The notes beneath the pieces are model-generated. The model ran no database searches and was not told where the DNA came from. It saw nothing but the letters and a program-made list of their open reading frames with translations. Below, piece after piece: positions 53,935 through 63,468 of a stretch of DNA of 64,000 nucleotides. This stretch comes from Paramoeba atlantica (Eukaryota > Protista > Discosea). The translations under genes and the position numbers were made by a program. The stretch lies in contig CDRNVI010000011.1 of the NCBI GenBank assembly GCA_977017575.1, positions 124,001-188,000 on the forward strand, given 5' to 3'. Numbering within the stretch: position 1 is the stretch's first letter; each line of letters opens with the position of its first letter.

Positions 53935-54065
53935 TATTATAACTTCCCCTGGAATAGCCGTTCTAGGAGAGTTTTCAGAGGACTCTTCCTTTCAGAGTAG
54001 CGGTTCTGGGAAAAAAGTTACCCCCAAAAAAAATCAGTTTGCTATATGAGTACGCGTATTCTTTT

Positions 54066-55193
54066 CTATGCTGCGACGCCTAGTTTGCGTACCGTACAGT
54101 AGGGAGGTGCTGACGTAGTTGGCAGGCGGTGCGCCTTACAACCTGCAGCTTGGGGGTTCGATACGCAAAGGAGGCTTGAGAAACAGCCCACACGATGCAA
54201 CGGGATGGACGCCCGTCCTGGTAGCAACGGTTGGGTAGCCGTGCTCGGGCCCCTTCTGGGAAGGGGGTAGCAAGACAATGAAGGTCGGTGACCTGAGACT
54301 CTACCCTAACGGTTGGCGCTCCGTGTGCTTTGACCTCCTCCTCGAAACTATCAGAATCTGAAGCCCCGAATTCTACGGGTTCAATGTTCTCTTCTACAAG
54401 TATGTCTTCGATCGCACTATCGAGCCTTATTTCTTGCTCGGTAACTATCATCCGAGAGTGATGTGGCTGAAATCGAGCTCACTTCGTCATCACTCACAAC
54501 TTGAAATAATTTGTGCCCTGCACTCCATCATTATATGCCTCAAGCTGCAAATCAAAAAGATTTTCTATTTCAGATAAAAGCTCTCGCGTCAGTACCGGCA
54601 TGAAGAAAAGCAAAAGTTTTTCAAACTAAAATGAAATTATTGTGAGCAATAAACAATGTGAATAATAACTATGGGGGGTTTGCACTTATTCGACTTCGCT
54701 TTTAACATGCGCAATAATAGATGTCAGTGCTGCAAAGTATCGAACACTGTCAAAGTGATCGGTACACCAGCGTGTGACTCCTCCAAGTTTTGGCACAGGA
54801 ATAGAGCAAATCTTGCGGGCCTGTTCAATAGCATCATAAATTTTTGGGCCCCCCTTTTTAAGAATATTATGTTTATCATTTAGATATGATGAAGAGCGCA
54901 ACTCTTTTTAGAAGATTCTCAAATTTGGATACGAAACCCTTTCAATTTTCTGATGCGCGTCACAAATTTTATTAATATGGCTGGTGCGTACTGAACTTGG
55001 TAGAGTCTCGTCACCTAGAACGGAATATCATTGCTTAAAAAAAGTTATAGCATTGTTTGTTTCACTGTCATATGCGCCCAGCAATTCTTCCATGGCTTGA
55101 ACCGTGTATTTGCCTTTCTTTGCACTAGGCTTTCCGCCCGAGTAGAAGAGGTGCGCAAAGCAATTTCGAAATTTTATAAACGACTTCTCTCGG
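54066..55193 (-). pseudogene. Degraded hAT-like transposase, C-terminal half
   Basis: Minus-strand fragments FRNCFAHLF (CxxH) and PKLGGVTRW (RW motif), with an acidic tail; multiple stops and frameshifts. Confidence 0.6.
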
Positions 55194-55278
55194 TAAGGTA
55201 CAGTTTCTGTTAAGGTACAGTTTCTGTACCTTGTTGCTCTTATACGTCAAGCTCAGATACAGTTTCTGTACCTTGTTG
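55194..55278 (+). repeat. Three stacked spliced-leader exon 3' fragments
   Basis: taaggtacagtttctgt (55194-55210), taaggtacagtttctgtaccttgttg (55211-55236), an 18-nt spacer, then agatacagtttctgtaccttgttg (55255-55278). Confidence 0.9.
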
Positions 55279-55307
55279 TTTATTTTCCCCTACTTTTACG
55301 ACCCTTC

Positions 55308-57233
55308 ATGACCTCGCCACATGCCAGAAGTGGGGAAATCTCACAGGCGTTGCAGGACTCTCATAAGAGACTAGGCAACGTAACTAGCCGATCCGCCACC
55401 TCTCTGACAGGTGCTGAACGCGAGGCCAAGGAACATGCAGCTCAACATGCAAACTCCTACCGAGTCAGCTCCAAAGCTCCTATGAGAGGTTCACTGAAAA
55501 CAAACACTGAAAAGAAGGAAACCGCAATAAATACGACCCGGCGATGTAAACATACTTGTAAGGAGAAAACAAAATGCGGCCATCCCTGCTGCAAGACTGC
55601 GCCGAATCCGCCGTCCACTCAGCCCCTTAACATTTCACAATGCAAGCATCCCTGCAAAGACAAGAGTCTGTGCGGCCACCCATGTTGTAAACGACATCTT
55701 CTTCCTACCTGTGTTCCCGAAGATAGTACCACACATGTATCCCAAGGGAATACTGTTACCGATGTAACGAGGAGGACGGAAACAAACACAATGTCCTCTG
55801 AAGCCCCATCATCTGAAGGAGTAAAGGATGTACCTGAACCTATCGCCCCGTGCAAACATATCTGCAAGGATAAGGCTAATTGCGGGCACCCCTGTTGTAA
55901 ACGTCACCTCCACACCACTTGTACGAGCGCCGGTAGTGCACCTAGACTAGATCCACAAAGCAGTACGCGCGACAATGGGAGTCAAAATCTGGCAGGAGAC
56001 TCTGGGGGCTTTATGGTGAAAGTACTGCGCCACTTGACCAAGCCCATATTTCAATGTGCGGGCAAACCCCAAACTGCGCAGAACTCCTCGAACACGGAAG
56101 TGTTTTCACCCAGCGGCAGATCCACAAGCGAGGGCTCCAACCACTACGAACGCTCAAGGAAACACGTCGAGGGAGAAATGTCGGCGAAGAGAAAATTGAT
56201 TGCCCCAGGAATCGCAAGATCAAACAGCGACAACCCTGCTACAACGCATGCCAACAGAGCTGATCAGCGTGAAGCAAGTAAGGTGCCCACCTTTCGGAAA
56301 TCCCCTTCTTCTCCTCCGGAAGGAAAACAACATACTATCTCCTCAACAGCTATCAATCTTGCGTATGAATTATGTAAAGGCCTCCTTGGCATCCCTCCCC
56401 CGGAAGCACGAGCGAAACCACCGCCTCTCAGAAAGATGACTCCCAAGACCGTAAACCGAGGGTCCCAACTATCTCCCAAGCGAGAATCTCCCGAATTCGC
56501 TATAGAAAAGCTGCAGGAAGGACCGACATTGCGCCTCAGCGCTCGACAGCCCGAACCAGAGCCTCAGAACCCATACAATCTACCATGTAAACATCCCTGT
56601 AAGGACAAAACCACGTGTGGCCACCTTTGCTGCAAAAGAGGGCTTACCCCTGGCATCACAACATCGTCACCCGCACGTATCTCTTCCTCTGATACCGAAA
56701 AGCACCCCCCAGACCGGATAACTGATGAACCATATCGCGACCATCCCAGCAGCACGCCCGAGCACGACGCAGGGGTGGACACTTCCGACAACTCCAAAGC
56801 AGAGAAAGTCCCGTACCTCCCTGCCCCTTTATCGCCGCCACAGAATCTTTCGATAGTGCCGGAGTCCTGGAACGTCTCGTTCACGCCTAGTCCCACACGC
56901 CGCGGCGTAGAGAAACTACTTATTAATCGTATAAAGTCACCCCACCATACCGACGACTCAGAAGGACTCTTGACAGAACCACCGTTCCCTCTCTGCACTG
57001 CGGACGACGAAGTTCCGGAATGGGTATTCGAGAAGGTCCCTCACGACGTGCCTTCTGGGAATTCGGGGGTCCCTGTAGAAAGACGTCGCTCGACAGAGAA
57101 AGGGAAACAATGCCTACATTTTATACAATCCCGATCAAAGCCTCTGAAACTTCGCCTAGCAAGTGCCCAAGAATGGTTATATTTTCCGGACGTACGAGCT
57201 GCCTGCGAAAGTCAAATCACGCAGCAGGATTAG
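55308..57233 (+). CDS. Retrotransposon ORF1 with four CKHxCKxKxxCGHxCCK motifs
   Basis: 641-aa ORF starting 29 nt after the left SL copy; the motif is visible four times. Confidence 0.85.
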   Translation: MTSPHARSGEISQALQDSHKRLGNVTSRSATSLTGAEREAKEHAAQHANSYRVSSKAPMRGSLKTNTEKKETAINTTRRCKHTCKEKTKCGHPCCKTAPNPPSTQPLNISQCKHPCKDKSLCGHPCCKRHLLPTCVPEDSTTHVSQGNTVTDVTRRTETNTMSSEAPSSEGVKDVPEPIAPCKHICKDKANCGHPCCKRHLHTTCTSAGSAPRLDPQSSTRDNGSQNLAGDSGGFMVKVLRHLTKPIFQCAGKPQTAQNSSNTEVFSPSGRSTSEGSNHYERSRKHVEGEMSAKRKLIAPGIARSNSDNPATTHANRADQREASKVPTFRKSPSSPPEGKQHTISSTAINLAYELCKGLLGIPPPEARAKPPPLRKMTPKTVNRGSQLSPKRESPEFAIEKLQEGPTLRLSARQPEPEPQNPYNLPCKHPCKDKTTCGHLCCKRGLTPGITTSSPARISSSDTEKHPPDRITDEPYRDHPSSTPEHDAGVDTSDNSKAEKVPYLPAPLSPPQNLSIVPESWNVSFTPSPTRRGVEKLLINRIKSPHHTDDSEGLLTEPPFPLCTADDEVPEWVFEKVPHDVPSGNSGVPVERRRSTEKGKQCLHFIQSRSKPLKLRLASAQEWLYFPDVRAACESQITQQD

Positions 57234-60200
57234 CTCCCTGCAGGGAGCGCAGGCAGCCATTTCGAAGGCGCTGAACTCTGGCAACCCCACGCACGACATC
57301 ATAGTAAGAGGATGTTCAGTAGAAGAACTGATGGACCATGAGGCGTGCGATTTCATTACAATTCACAAAGTCGGAAGCCCGGACAAGTCTTCGCGCCACT
57401 CCAGTTGGGTATCTCTGTACCAGGATGCAGCCCTAAAACTTTCAGATTACTATTCCTCTCCGGGTACTCTCAGTAAAGCCGTTCTTAAGAGACTAAACGG
57501 CTCCGAAATTCCCGGGCTTGCAGATTATGTGATAACCCTACATCGACACACACCCATCGACGAAACTCCGCCGGTCTTAGAAGCTATTCCGGAGCTTCCA
57601 GCATATCGCATAGCAGACCCACCCAGTCGTGTACCCTCTTTGCAATCCTTTGCACAACCCTGCCGCCACACCTGCCGCGACAAACTCGGGTGTGCTCATC
57701 GTTGCTGTAAAGTCTTCGGTCCCGCTGCTCCTCCAACTGCAGGTTCCACTGCCGCCGAGACCAGCTCTGCCCAGGAATCCAAAGTACCTCGCTCGGCGGT
57801 TCCACCAGACCTGCAGGAGTATAAAGAACAGGATCTCGATTACCTACTCCGAACAGCCAGGTACATCCAAGGGGGAAAGATATGTATCAACTTAACGGAC
57901 GCACAGTGGCACGACGTTGAGACCAAGGCTCTCAAAAGGTGTAGTGCATTACTCACTCCTGAACAAGACATAGATTCCGCCGTTAGGAACGCCGAACTCC
58001 TGAGCTCCATACTATCTGTCTCTACCTACGAGGTTGCTCGCGACGTGAATCCCACGAAAGGCTTTTTAATCCGCACAAAGAAAGGTCACGCAAAGACCCG
58101 ATGCAGACCCTTGGAAAGCGAAAAAATAGCCTCGTCCTTCTCCCGGCACCTAAAAGAACTGCAGACAAAACTACGCTATACACATGGAAAGGCAGACAGG
58201 AACGCCTTAAAACGAACGATCAAGGAAACCAAAAAAGGTGAAAGGGTTTATCATGCGGAGGCCACCGCACAGCGGCAAACACTCGAACAACGCCGGGCAC
58301 TGAAACGCTTTAACAGAAACCCATGGACCGCCGCTAGCGAAACATTGGACAAACCTATCGGTCTTGAAGCCCCAGCCTCCTATCCTACATGCGATGTGCA
58401 CAGCGTGGAAAAGCACTTTGGTGATACACTTTCTGCTCCTTCAGAGGAATACCACATTCCTCCGTCTGACTCGCTTGGGACCCGTCCTCTTGTCGACATG
58501 TCATGGGAAGAGCTGACCCCGACCGAAATATCCGACGCTCTAATCTCGAAAAGGAATGGCAGTGCCCCAGGTCAAGACACCATCACATATACCATCCTAA
58601 AACGGTGTCACAGCGTACACTCACACATCGCTACAGTCTTCAACGCGTTGCTCAAGTATCGCACTTGCCCACCTTCCTGGAAATGCTCTGTTACCCGCCT
58701 AATTCATAAAAATGGAGCTCACGATCAACCCCAAAACTGGCGCCCCATCAGTCTCATCAGTGTTCTAGCTAAGCTTCTCCATTCGATCATAAGTCGCAAA
58801 ATAAACCGCCATCTGGTCGAGGCAGCAGTAATTGATCCATCAATCCAAAAGGGTTTCCTACCGGCCATCAACGGGACACTGGAACACACTCAGACGCTGG
58901 ATGCAATCTTGCAGCACTACAGAAAGAACAAGCTCCAATACTGCTTAGCCCAACTGGACCTATCCAACGCATTCGGTTCAGTCCCACACAATGTTATATT
59001 TGAGGCGATGCAATGGGCCAAGATCTCCCCGACTCTCCTCGGGTACATCAGTAGTTTATATAACGGAGCGTCTACGCAAATAAAGTGTTATGAAGGTCTC
59101 TCCTCTACAATTCCTGTGCAACGTGGGGTACTCCAAGGCGACACCCTCTCCCCGTCTATATTCCTTATCGTCATGGAAGTAGTACTGCGTTATATGACAC
59201 TTAACTTTCCCGCGTACGGACTCGATCTGCCAGGCAATGCGAAATGCTTTATAAAGGCCTACGCTGACGATCTCACTGTCCTCACCAGCAACCCGAAGGA
59301 GTCACAAATCGCACTTGGAGCCCTATCCTCAATCCTCCGCAAAATAGGTTTATCTATAAACGTGAAAAAGAGTAGGGTACAATGCATGGCCGTGCGACCG
59401 GACGATGAACACCCAGGTTACATGACACGCCGTCCACAAATTCTGGTCAATCACATTCCCATTCCCCAAATCTGTGATGCAGGTAGCACCTTTCTGGGCA
59501 TGACCATCGCCCCTGGAGCACAACAGTCCCGTGCGCTGTTCATGAAGCTACGTCCTCTCATTAATTCATGGCTCAGAAATATCGATAAGAGCGCCCACGA
59601 CCTCCCTTCGCGACTATGGATATATCAGCATGCCATTATCTCCCGCTTGCGCTTCTCGCTTACGATCCACCCGTGCATCACTATGAACTTTGTCCTCCGA
59701 CTCCAGAAACTCTGTACCAACTTCCTGCGGCGTTGGATTAACGTGGCGCGTGGCTCTAGTCCCGAAGCAATTTACTCATCGCGCGGCTGGGGACTGAGGA
59801 GCCTGTCGCAACTGTGGCATGAATGTACTGCAGACCTTATGTGCCAGTTAAAGAAATCCAAAGATCCGGCTGCCGCAGCTGTGCTTCGGAACAAAATACG
59901 GGAAGAAGAGGAGAGACGATTGAAAGGACAAATACGGCCCGCAACTCACATAACGCACTGCTTGAACGACCGATCTCGCGCCAGGAAAACTCTCATTGAC
60001 CTGAACGAGGAGCGTATGATTAACGCTCTGCGACGCCGCACCACGGTTGCCATACAGTGGTGGGACACGAACACGGAGGAAGATCAGGCGAAAGATTTTG
60101 CAGCTGCCATTAACGGCCTTAGGAGCACTTCACTGAGCAGATTCGCTACACATGTGATGGTCCAAGCCCCACTTCCTACCCGGACCATGCTCAGAACATG

Positions 60201-60786
60201 GGGGAAGAATGGTGCAAATAGTGTGTCTTGCCGTATCTGCAACTCAGCACCCGAAACCTTAAGGCACCTGCTCTCAGGTTGCAGGACATCCTTAGACCAA
60301 GGACGCTACACGTATCGACATGACAGAGTGTTGAGCGTCCTTGCGAACGCGATCGTCGGCTCCCCCAACACCTCCTGGGCCTCATTCGACCTCGAGGGCC
60401 TCCGTAACCTCCCAAGTTGGTGGGCAGACCTAGAAACCACTCTGCGTCCAGATGGCCTGGTCAGGCTTCACGATGGAACTGAATTTATCGTTGAACTGAC
60501 CGTACCCTGGGAAGACAACATCGCGGAGGCACACTGCCGCAAAACGGAAAAATATCAGAATATATTGCATCGCCGCAGGATGGATCACCCGAACACACAT
60601 CTGCTGTGTATGGAGGTGGGTGTAAGAGGATTGCCGGCTTCCTCTCTTCGGCAGGTAGCCCGCCTTTTTGGGAGTGACAAAGGGCTGTCCACGGAATGCC
60701 AACTTGAAGCCATACGCGAAGCAATTCGTAGTAGCTTTGTTATTTGGCTAAACCGGGAATCACCCGACTGGAAAGGGGGCGGCTAG
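57163..60786 (+). CDS. Retrotransposon ORF2: reverse transcriptase + CCHC + restriction-like endonuclease
   Basis: SAPGQD, WRPISL, QKGF, DLSNAFGSVPH, GVLQGDTLSP, YADD; then CRIC..ETLRHLLSGC, RHDRVL, RPDG, ELTVPWE, RKTEKY and EVGVRG. Confidence 0.95.
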   Translation: MPKNGYIFRTYELPAKVKSRSRISSLQGAQAAISKALNSGNPTHDIIVRGCSVEELMDHEACDFITIHKVGSPDKSSRHSSWVSLYQDAALKLSDYYSSPGTLSKAVLKRLNGSEIPGLADYVITLHRHTPIDETPPVLEAIPELPAYRIADPPSRVPSLQSFAQPCRHTCRDKLGCAHRCCKVFGPAAPPTAGSTAAETSSAQESKVPRSAVPPDLQEYKEQDLDYLLRTARYIQGGKICINLTDAQWHDVETKALKRCSALLTPEQDIDSAVRNAELLSSILSVSTYEVARDVNPTKGFLIRTKKGHAKTRCRPLESEKIASSFSRHLKELQTKLRYTHGKADRNALKRTIKETKKGERVYHAEATAQRQTLEQRRALKRFNRNPWTAASETLDKPIGLEAPASYPTCDVHSVEKHFGDTLSAPSEEYHIPPSDSLGTRPLVDMSWEELTPTEISDALISKRNGSAPGQDTITYTILKRCHSVHSHIATVFNALLKYRTCPPSWKCSVTRLIHKNGAHDQPQNWRPISLISVLAKLLHSIISRKINRHLVEAAVIDPSIQKGFLPAINGTLEHTQTLDAILQHYRKNKLQYCLAQLDLSNAFGSVPHNVIFEAMQWAKISPTLLGYISSLYNGASTQIKCYEGLSSTIPVQRGVLQGDTLSPSIFLIVMEVVLRYMTLNFPAYGLDLPGNAKCFIKAYADDLTVLTSNPKESQIALGALSSILRKIGLSINVKKSRVQCMAVRPDDEHPGYMTRRPQILVNHIPIPQICDAGSTFLGMTIAPGAQQSRALFMKLRPLINSWLRNIDKSAHDLPSRLWIYQHAIISRLRFSLTIHPCITMNFVLRLQKLCTNFLRRWINVARGSSPEAIYSSRGWGLRSLSQLWHECTADLMCQLKKSKDPAAAAVLRNKIREEEERRLKGQIRPATHITHCLNDRSRARKTLIDLNEERMINALRRRTTVAIQWWDTNTEEDQAKDFAAAINGLRSTSLSRFATHVMVQAPLPTRTMLRTWGKNGANSVSCRICNSAPETLRHLLSGCRTSLDQGRYTYRHDRVLSVLANAIVGSPNTSWASFDLEGLRNLPSWWADLETTLRPDGLVRLHDGTEFIVELTVPWEDNIAEAHCRKTEKYQNILHRRRMDHPNTHLLCMEVGVRGLPASSLRQVARLFGSDKGLSTECQLEAIREAIRSSFVIWLNRESPDWKGGG

Positions 60787-60918
60787 GCTAGTAAAACAGC
60801 CTATGCGGGGTCGTCGTATGCGACCGTAGCATAGGTAGAAATTTACCTCTGCAGATCTAAATATGATTCTGCATTGAATAAACACTTCATTGCGTCGCGA
60901 GCAATCAGATTGACTAGA

Positions 60919-61004
60919 TAAAGATACAGTTTCTGTACCTTGTTGGTACATTTTCCCTAGTTCGTCCTTTCTTTTCCCGGAAACGGGCATACTCTTAACC
61001 TTTT
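60919..61004 (+). ncRNA. 5'-truncated spliced-leader RNA gene (exon 3' part, GT donor, putative intron)
   Basis: taaagatacagtttctgtaccttgttg|GTAC: conserved kinetoplastid SL core, 7 nt to TTG, then GT at 60946. GNRA hairpin cccg-gaaa-cggg at 60976-60987; T-run near 61001. The 3' limit is a guess. Confidence 0.7.
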
Positions 61005-61369
61005 ATGTATGTCCGTTTCCGGCTGGCGCTAGGGCCGGAAACTCATCTTTCCGTTGAAGAGGGGCCGCCGCTTCGCACTCACGTGAAGCGCGTCAGACGC
61101 GCCGAATGCCCCCGCTGGATGGACGCCGGGGAGAGCCTCTCAACGACGCTGCGTAGCCGAAAGGCTTCTTGCAGCCTCTCAACGACGCCCCCCGCCGTGG
61201 ATGTCCAGTGCCCCCTTCACCCCCCCCAGGCGCTGCAGAACCTCCCTTGAGGACCACGCGGCGTGGCCATAGGCCGAATCCCTGCGTACGAACGGCGTTG
61301 AATGCGCTGTAATGGCCGTTGATAATGGTCGTCGTACGACAGCAAAATGCTCTGCCGGCTCGCCCGGTA

Positions 61370-62030
61370 TGAACCTGAAAAGGTGTCTGAAGCACGGCAA
61401 TTCGCGTACAGCGGGAACTATCAAACAAACCCCTTTGCAAAGGTTTTCTGTGTCTTCAGATCCAATGGGATCATAGCGATCATAAATTTCTTTTAGCTCT
61501 TTTTCGGTTGCTACTCGCGCAACGTGATTAACCGGACAACCATCAAGCTTTAAGTAACGGAGCTTGTGAATGCCGTCACCCATGCCTCCCCGTAGCATCG
61601 TGAGGAGATGAGGTGACATTTCTTTTCCACTGAATGCTTTCTTTTTTTTGTGATAGGACGAAGCTTTGCATACATTACACATGCAGGGGGTGTCACTTGC
61701 ACCTGGGGCGGGTCTTCATTATCCGAGACATCAGTTCATCATCCGAGACATCGGATTGAATCTTTTAATTTGAGCGGTCCGAATATGCCAAAGATATACA
61801 ACTCTGAGAGAGCTCTTCTACGCGGCATTGTTCTTCAAAATTGAGCAACTTTTACAAATTTTAGACCCCCCCAGGTGCAAGTGCCACCCCCTGTATGTCA
61901 TTATGTAGAAAATATTCTACAAGGATTAGACAGTGAATATGGGAGTTCCATATTACGCCACAAAACGCGTTGAAATCACCTGATAGTCAGCGACTCACTC
62001 CTCAGAACTAACCTCCATCCACTGTTTGTT
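61370..62030 (-). pseudogene. hAT-like transposase remnant interrupted by a MITE
   Basis: KAFSGKEM..KLRYLKLDGCPVNHVA..KEIYDRYDPIG aligns with KAFNGKET..KLRYMTVDG..NHVA..KRIYDLMQPIG at 43.4-43.6 kb. CFRHLF (CxxH) present; TVDGG lies beyond the MITE. Confidence 0.7.
61684..61893. mobile_element. 210-bp MITE of the Tc1 family
   Basis: TIRs cagggggtgtcacttgcacctggggcgggtct and agacccccccaggtgcaagtgccaccccctg. TA on the right, TG on the left. The right subterminal region matches the long TIR of the 11.66-kb element. Confidence 0.85.
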
Positions 62031-62049
62031 CTCGCGGTGCTGGAAATTT

Positions 62050-62700
62050 ATGAAACTTCCCCGAAGAGCTGTAGTTGTCATATTTCGGCGACACGCTGCA
62101 ACCCCTTCCTCATGTCCCATGAAGAGAGAGTTGAGCGTTCAGGCCGACATATTTTATGCAGTTTGCCTCTCGCTCCCACCTCGACGACGAGTAGGAATGT
62201 GGTAGGATGGTCGAGTTTTCGAGAGTGATATAAACTCCTGTATTTTTCTATTTTGCGCTCGTGTGCGAACTCAAAATTCTCCTCCCAAGGGCAGGTACAG
62301 TGCACCCAGTTGGTAAAGTCCCAAAAAGCGGTTTTCCCAAATGGTTTACCCGCACAGACCCGCTCATGGGTAATTACCCATCGACTCGGCAGGGGTATGT
62401 ACGTCGAGGAGGAAGCCAAGGCCCCGGGCCGGACACTAGAAAAGCCGACAAATTTACCAAATACGCAGAATCGGCCCGGAAAAGGGGATGCCCCTGTACC
62501 CGCTAGCTTTATCTATATTCGGTGTTCCCGGCAATGCCACACTCTCCCTCCTGAGAAAACGAGCGAAGTACACAACGAATCCGAAAGGCTTTGTGGACCA
62601 CACGATCATGGCAGTTGTCGTGGCCATACAGCGCGGAAATACCCAAATTTTGAACGCGGCATCGGTTCATCAAGCCTGATTGTGGTTTGCGGGCTGTGTG
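62050..62700 (-). pseudogene. Degraded REL-endonuclease end of a second non-LTR element
   Basis: CPWEENFEFAHERKIEKY..LLVVEVGARG and CHDRV parallel VPWEDNIAEAHCRKTEKY..EVGVRG and RHDRV of ORF2. Confidence 0.75.
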
Positions 62701-63468
62701 AGTTTTAAGCGTAGATACTAGTTTTTTCTACATTTGTACTATTACAAAGCATGGGAGTACTTCAATTTAAACCTACTGCATATTTACCTACTGCATATTT
62801 ATGATGAAGGCGCAACTATCTAGAAATGATGACATACTTCAGAGCATCGAGAGCCCTGCGAGTGAAGCAACACTTGAGGGGACACTTACTTTTATCGAAC
62901 GCTGCCAAAAGGAGATGCTTCCAGTTATCCAAGGCTTAAGGAAAGCCTCTGATGTACCTCGCCCCATCGCAGGGGGCATAAACGTAAATACTTCTGATAA
63001 AGAAATTTAGATGATCACACAACATCAAGCATTGATGATATGAACTTACTCTCCCCTTCATCTTGACGCCACCATGAATTCCAATGAATTCCAGTTCCTC
63101 TTGAGGGGAGACGTTACGTGAGTGCTCACCGAATGCCGCATTTAGAAGGTACCTTTCGACTTGGATATTTTTCGGCTGAACGTGCAATCGGGGTTTATTT
63201 GTATCAACCGTTTATGAAAAACTCTCATATGTTCAGTTCAGCTTTTCAACTGAATATGTAACACAGGGCTGTCACCTATACTGCATGTTTCCTACTTGTG
63301 CTAATGATTGTACGATTCCACAAGTGCTTGGAATGATAAATTGTATTATTTGAGAAAACCTTCCTTGGCTCCTTTTGAGCGTAGTTTAACCATTTTGATA
63401 TAAATATTATACTGAAACGTATATGCTAGTATGCGGCACATTTCTGCATAAGCCATTCAGATCGATTT

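Larger units (their letters stand above)
55279..60921 (+). mobile_element. Non-LTR retrotransposon (RT + REL endonuclease, two ORFs) inserted in a spliced-leader sequence
   Basis: Flanked by the identical 24-mer agatacagtttctgtaccttgttg (55255-55278 and 60922-60945). Both ORFs intact; no poly(A) tail. Confidence 0.92.

Noticed and set aside
55194-55278. CRISPR-like repeat-spacer pattern
   Set aside because: Eukaryotic context, unequal truncated repeats, no cas genes; the repeats are SL sequence.
61262-61290. ccataggccgaat resembling kinetoplastid 5S rRNA next to the SL fragment
   Set aside because: Similarity stops after about 13 nt and no internal control region follows.
54066-62030. One hAT element split by the retrotransposon
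   Set aside because: Both sides contain their own CxxH segment with different sequence, so they are separate copies.
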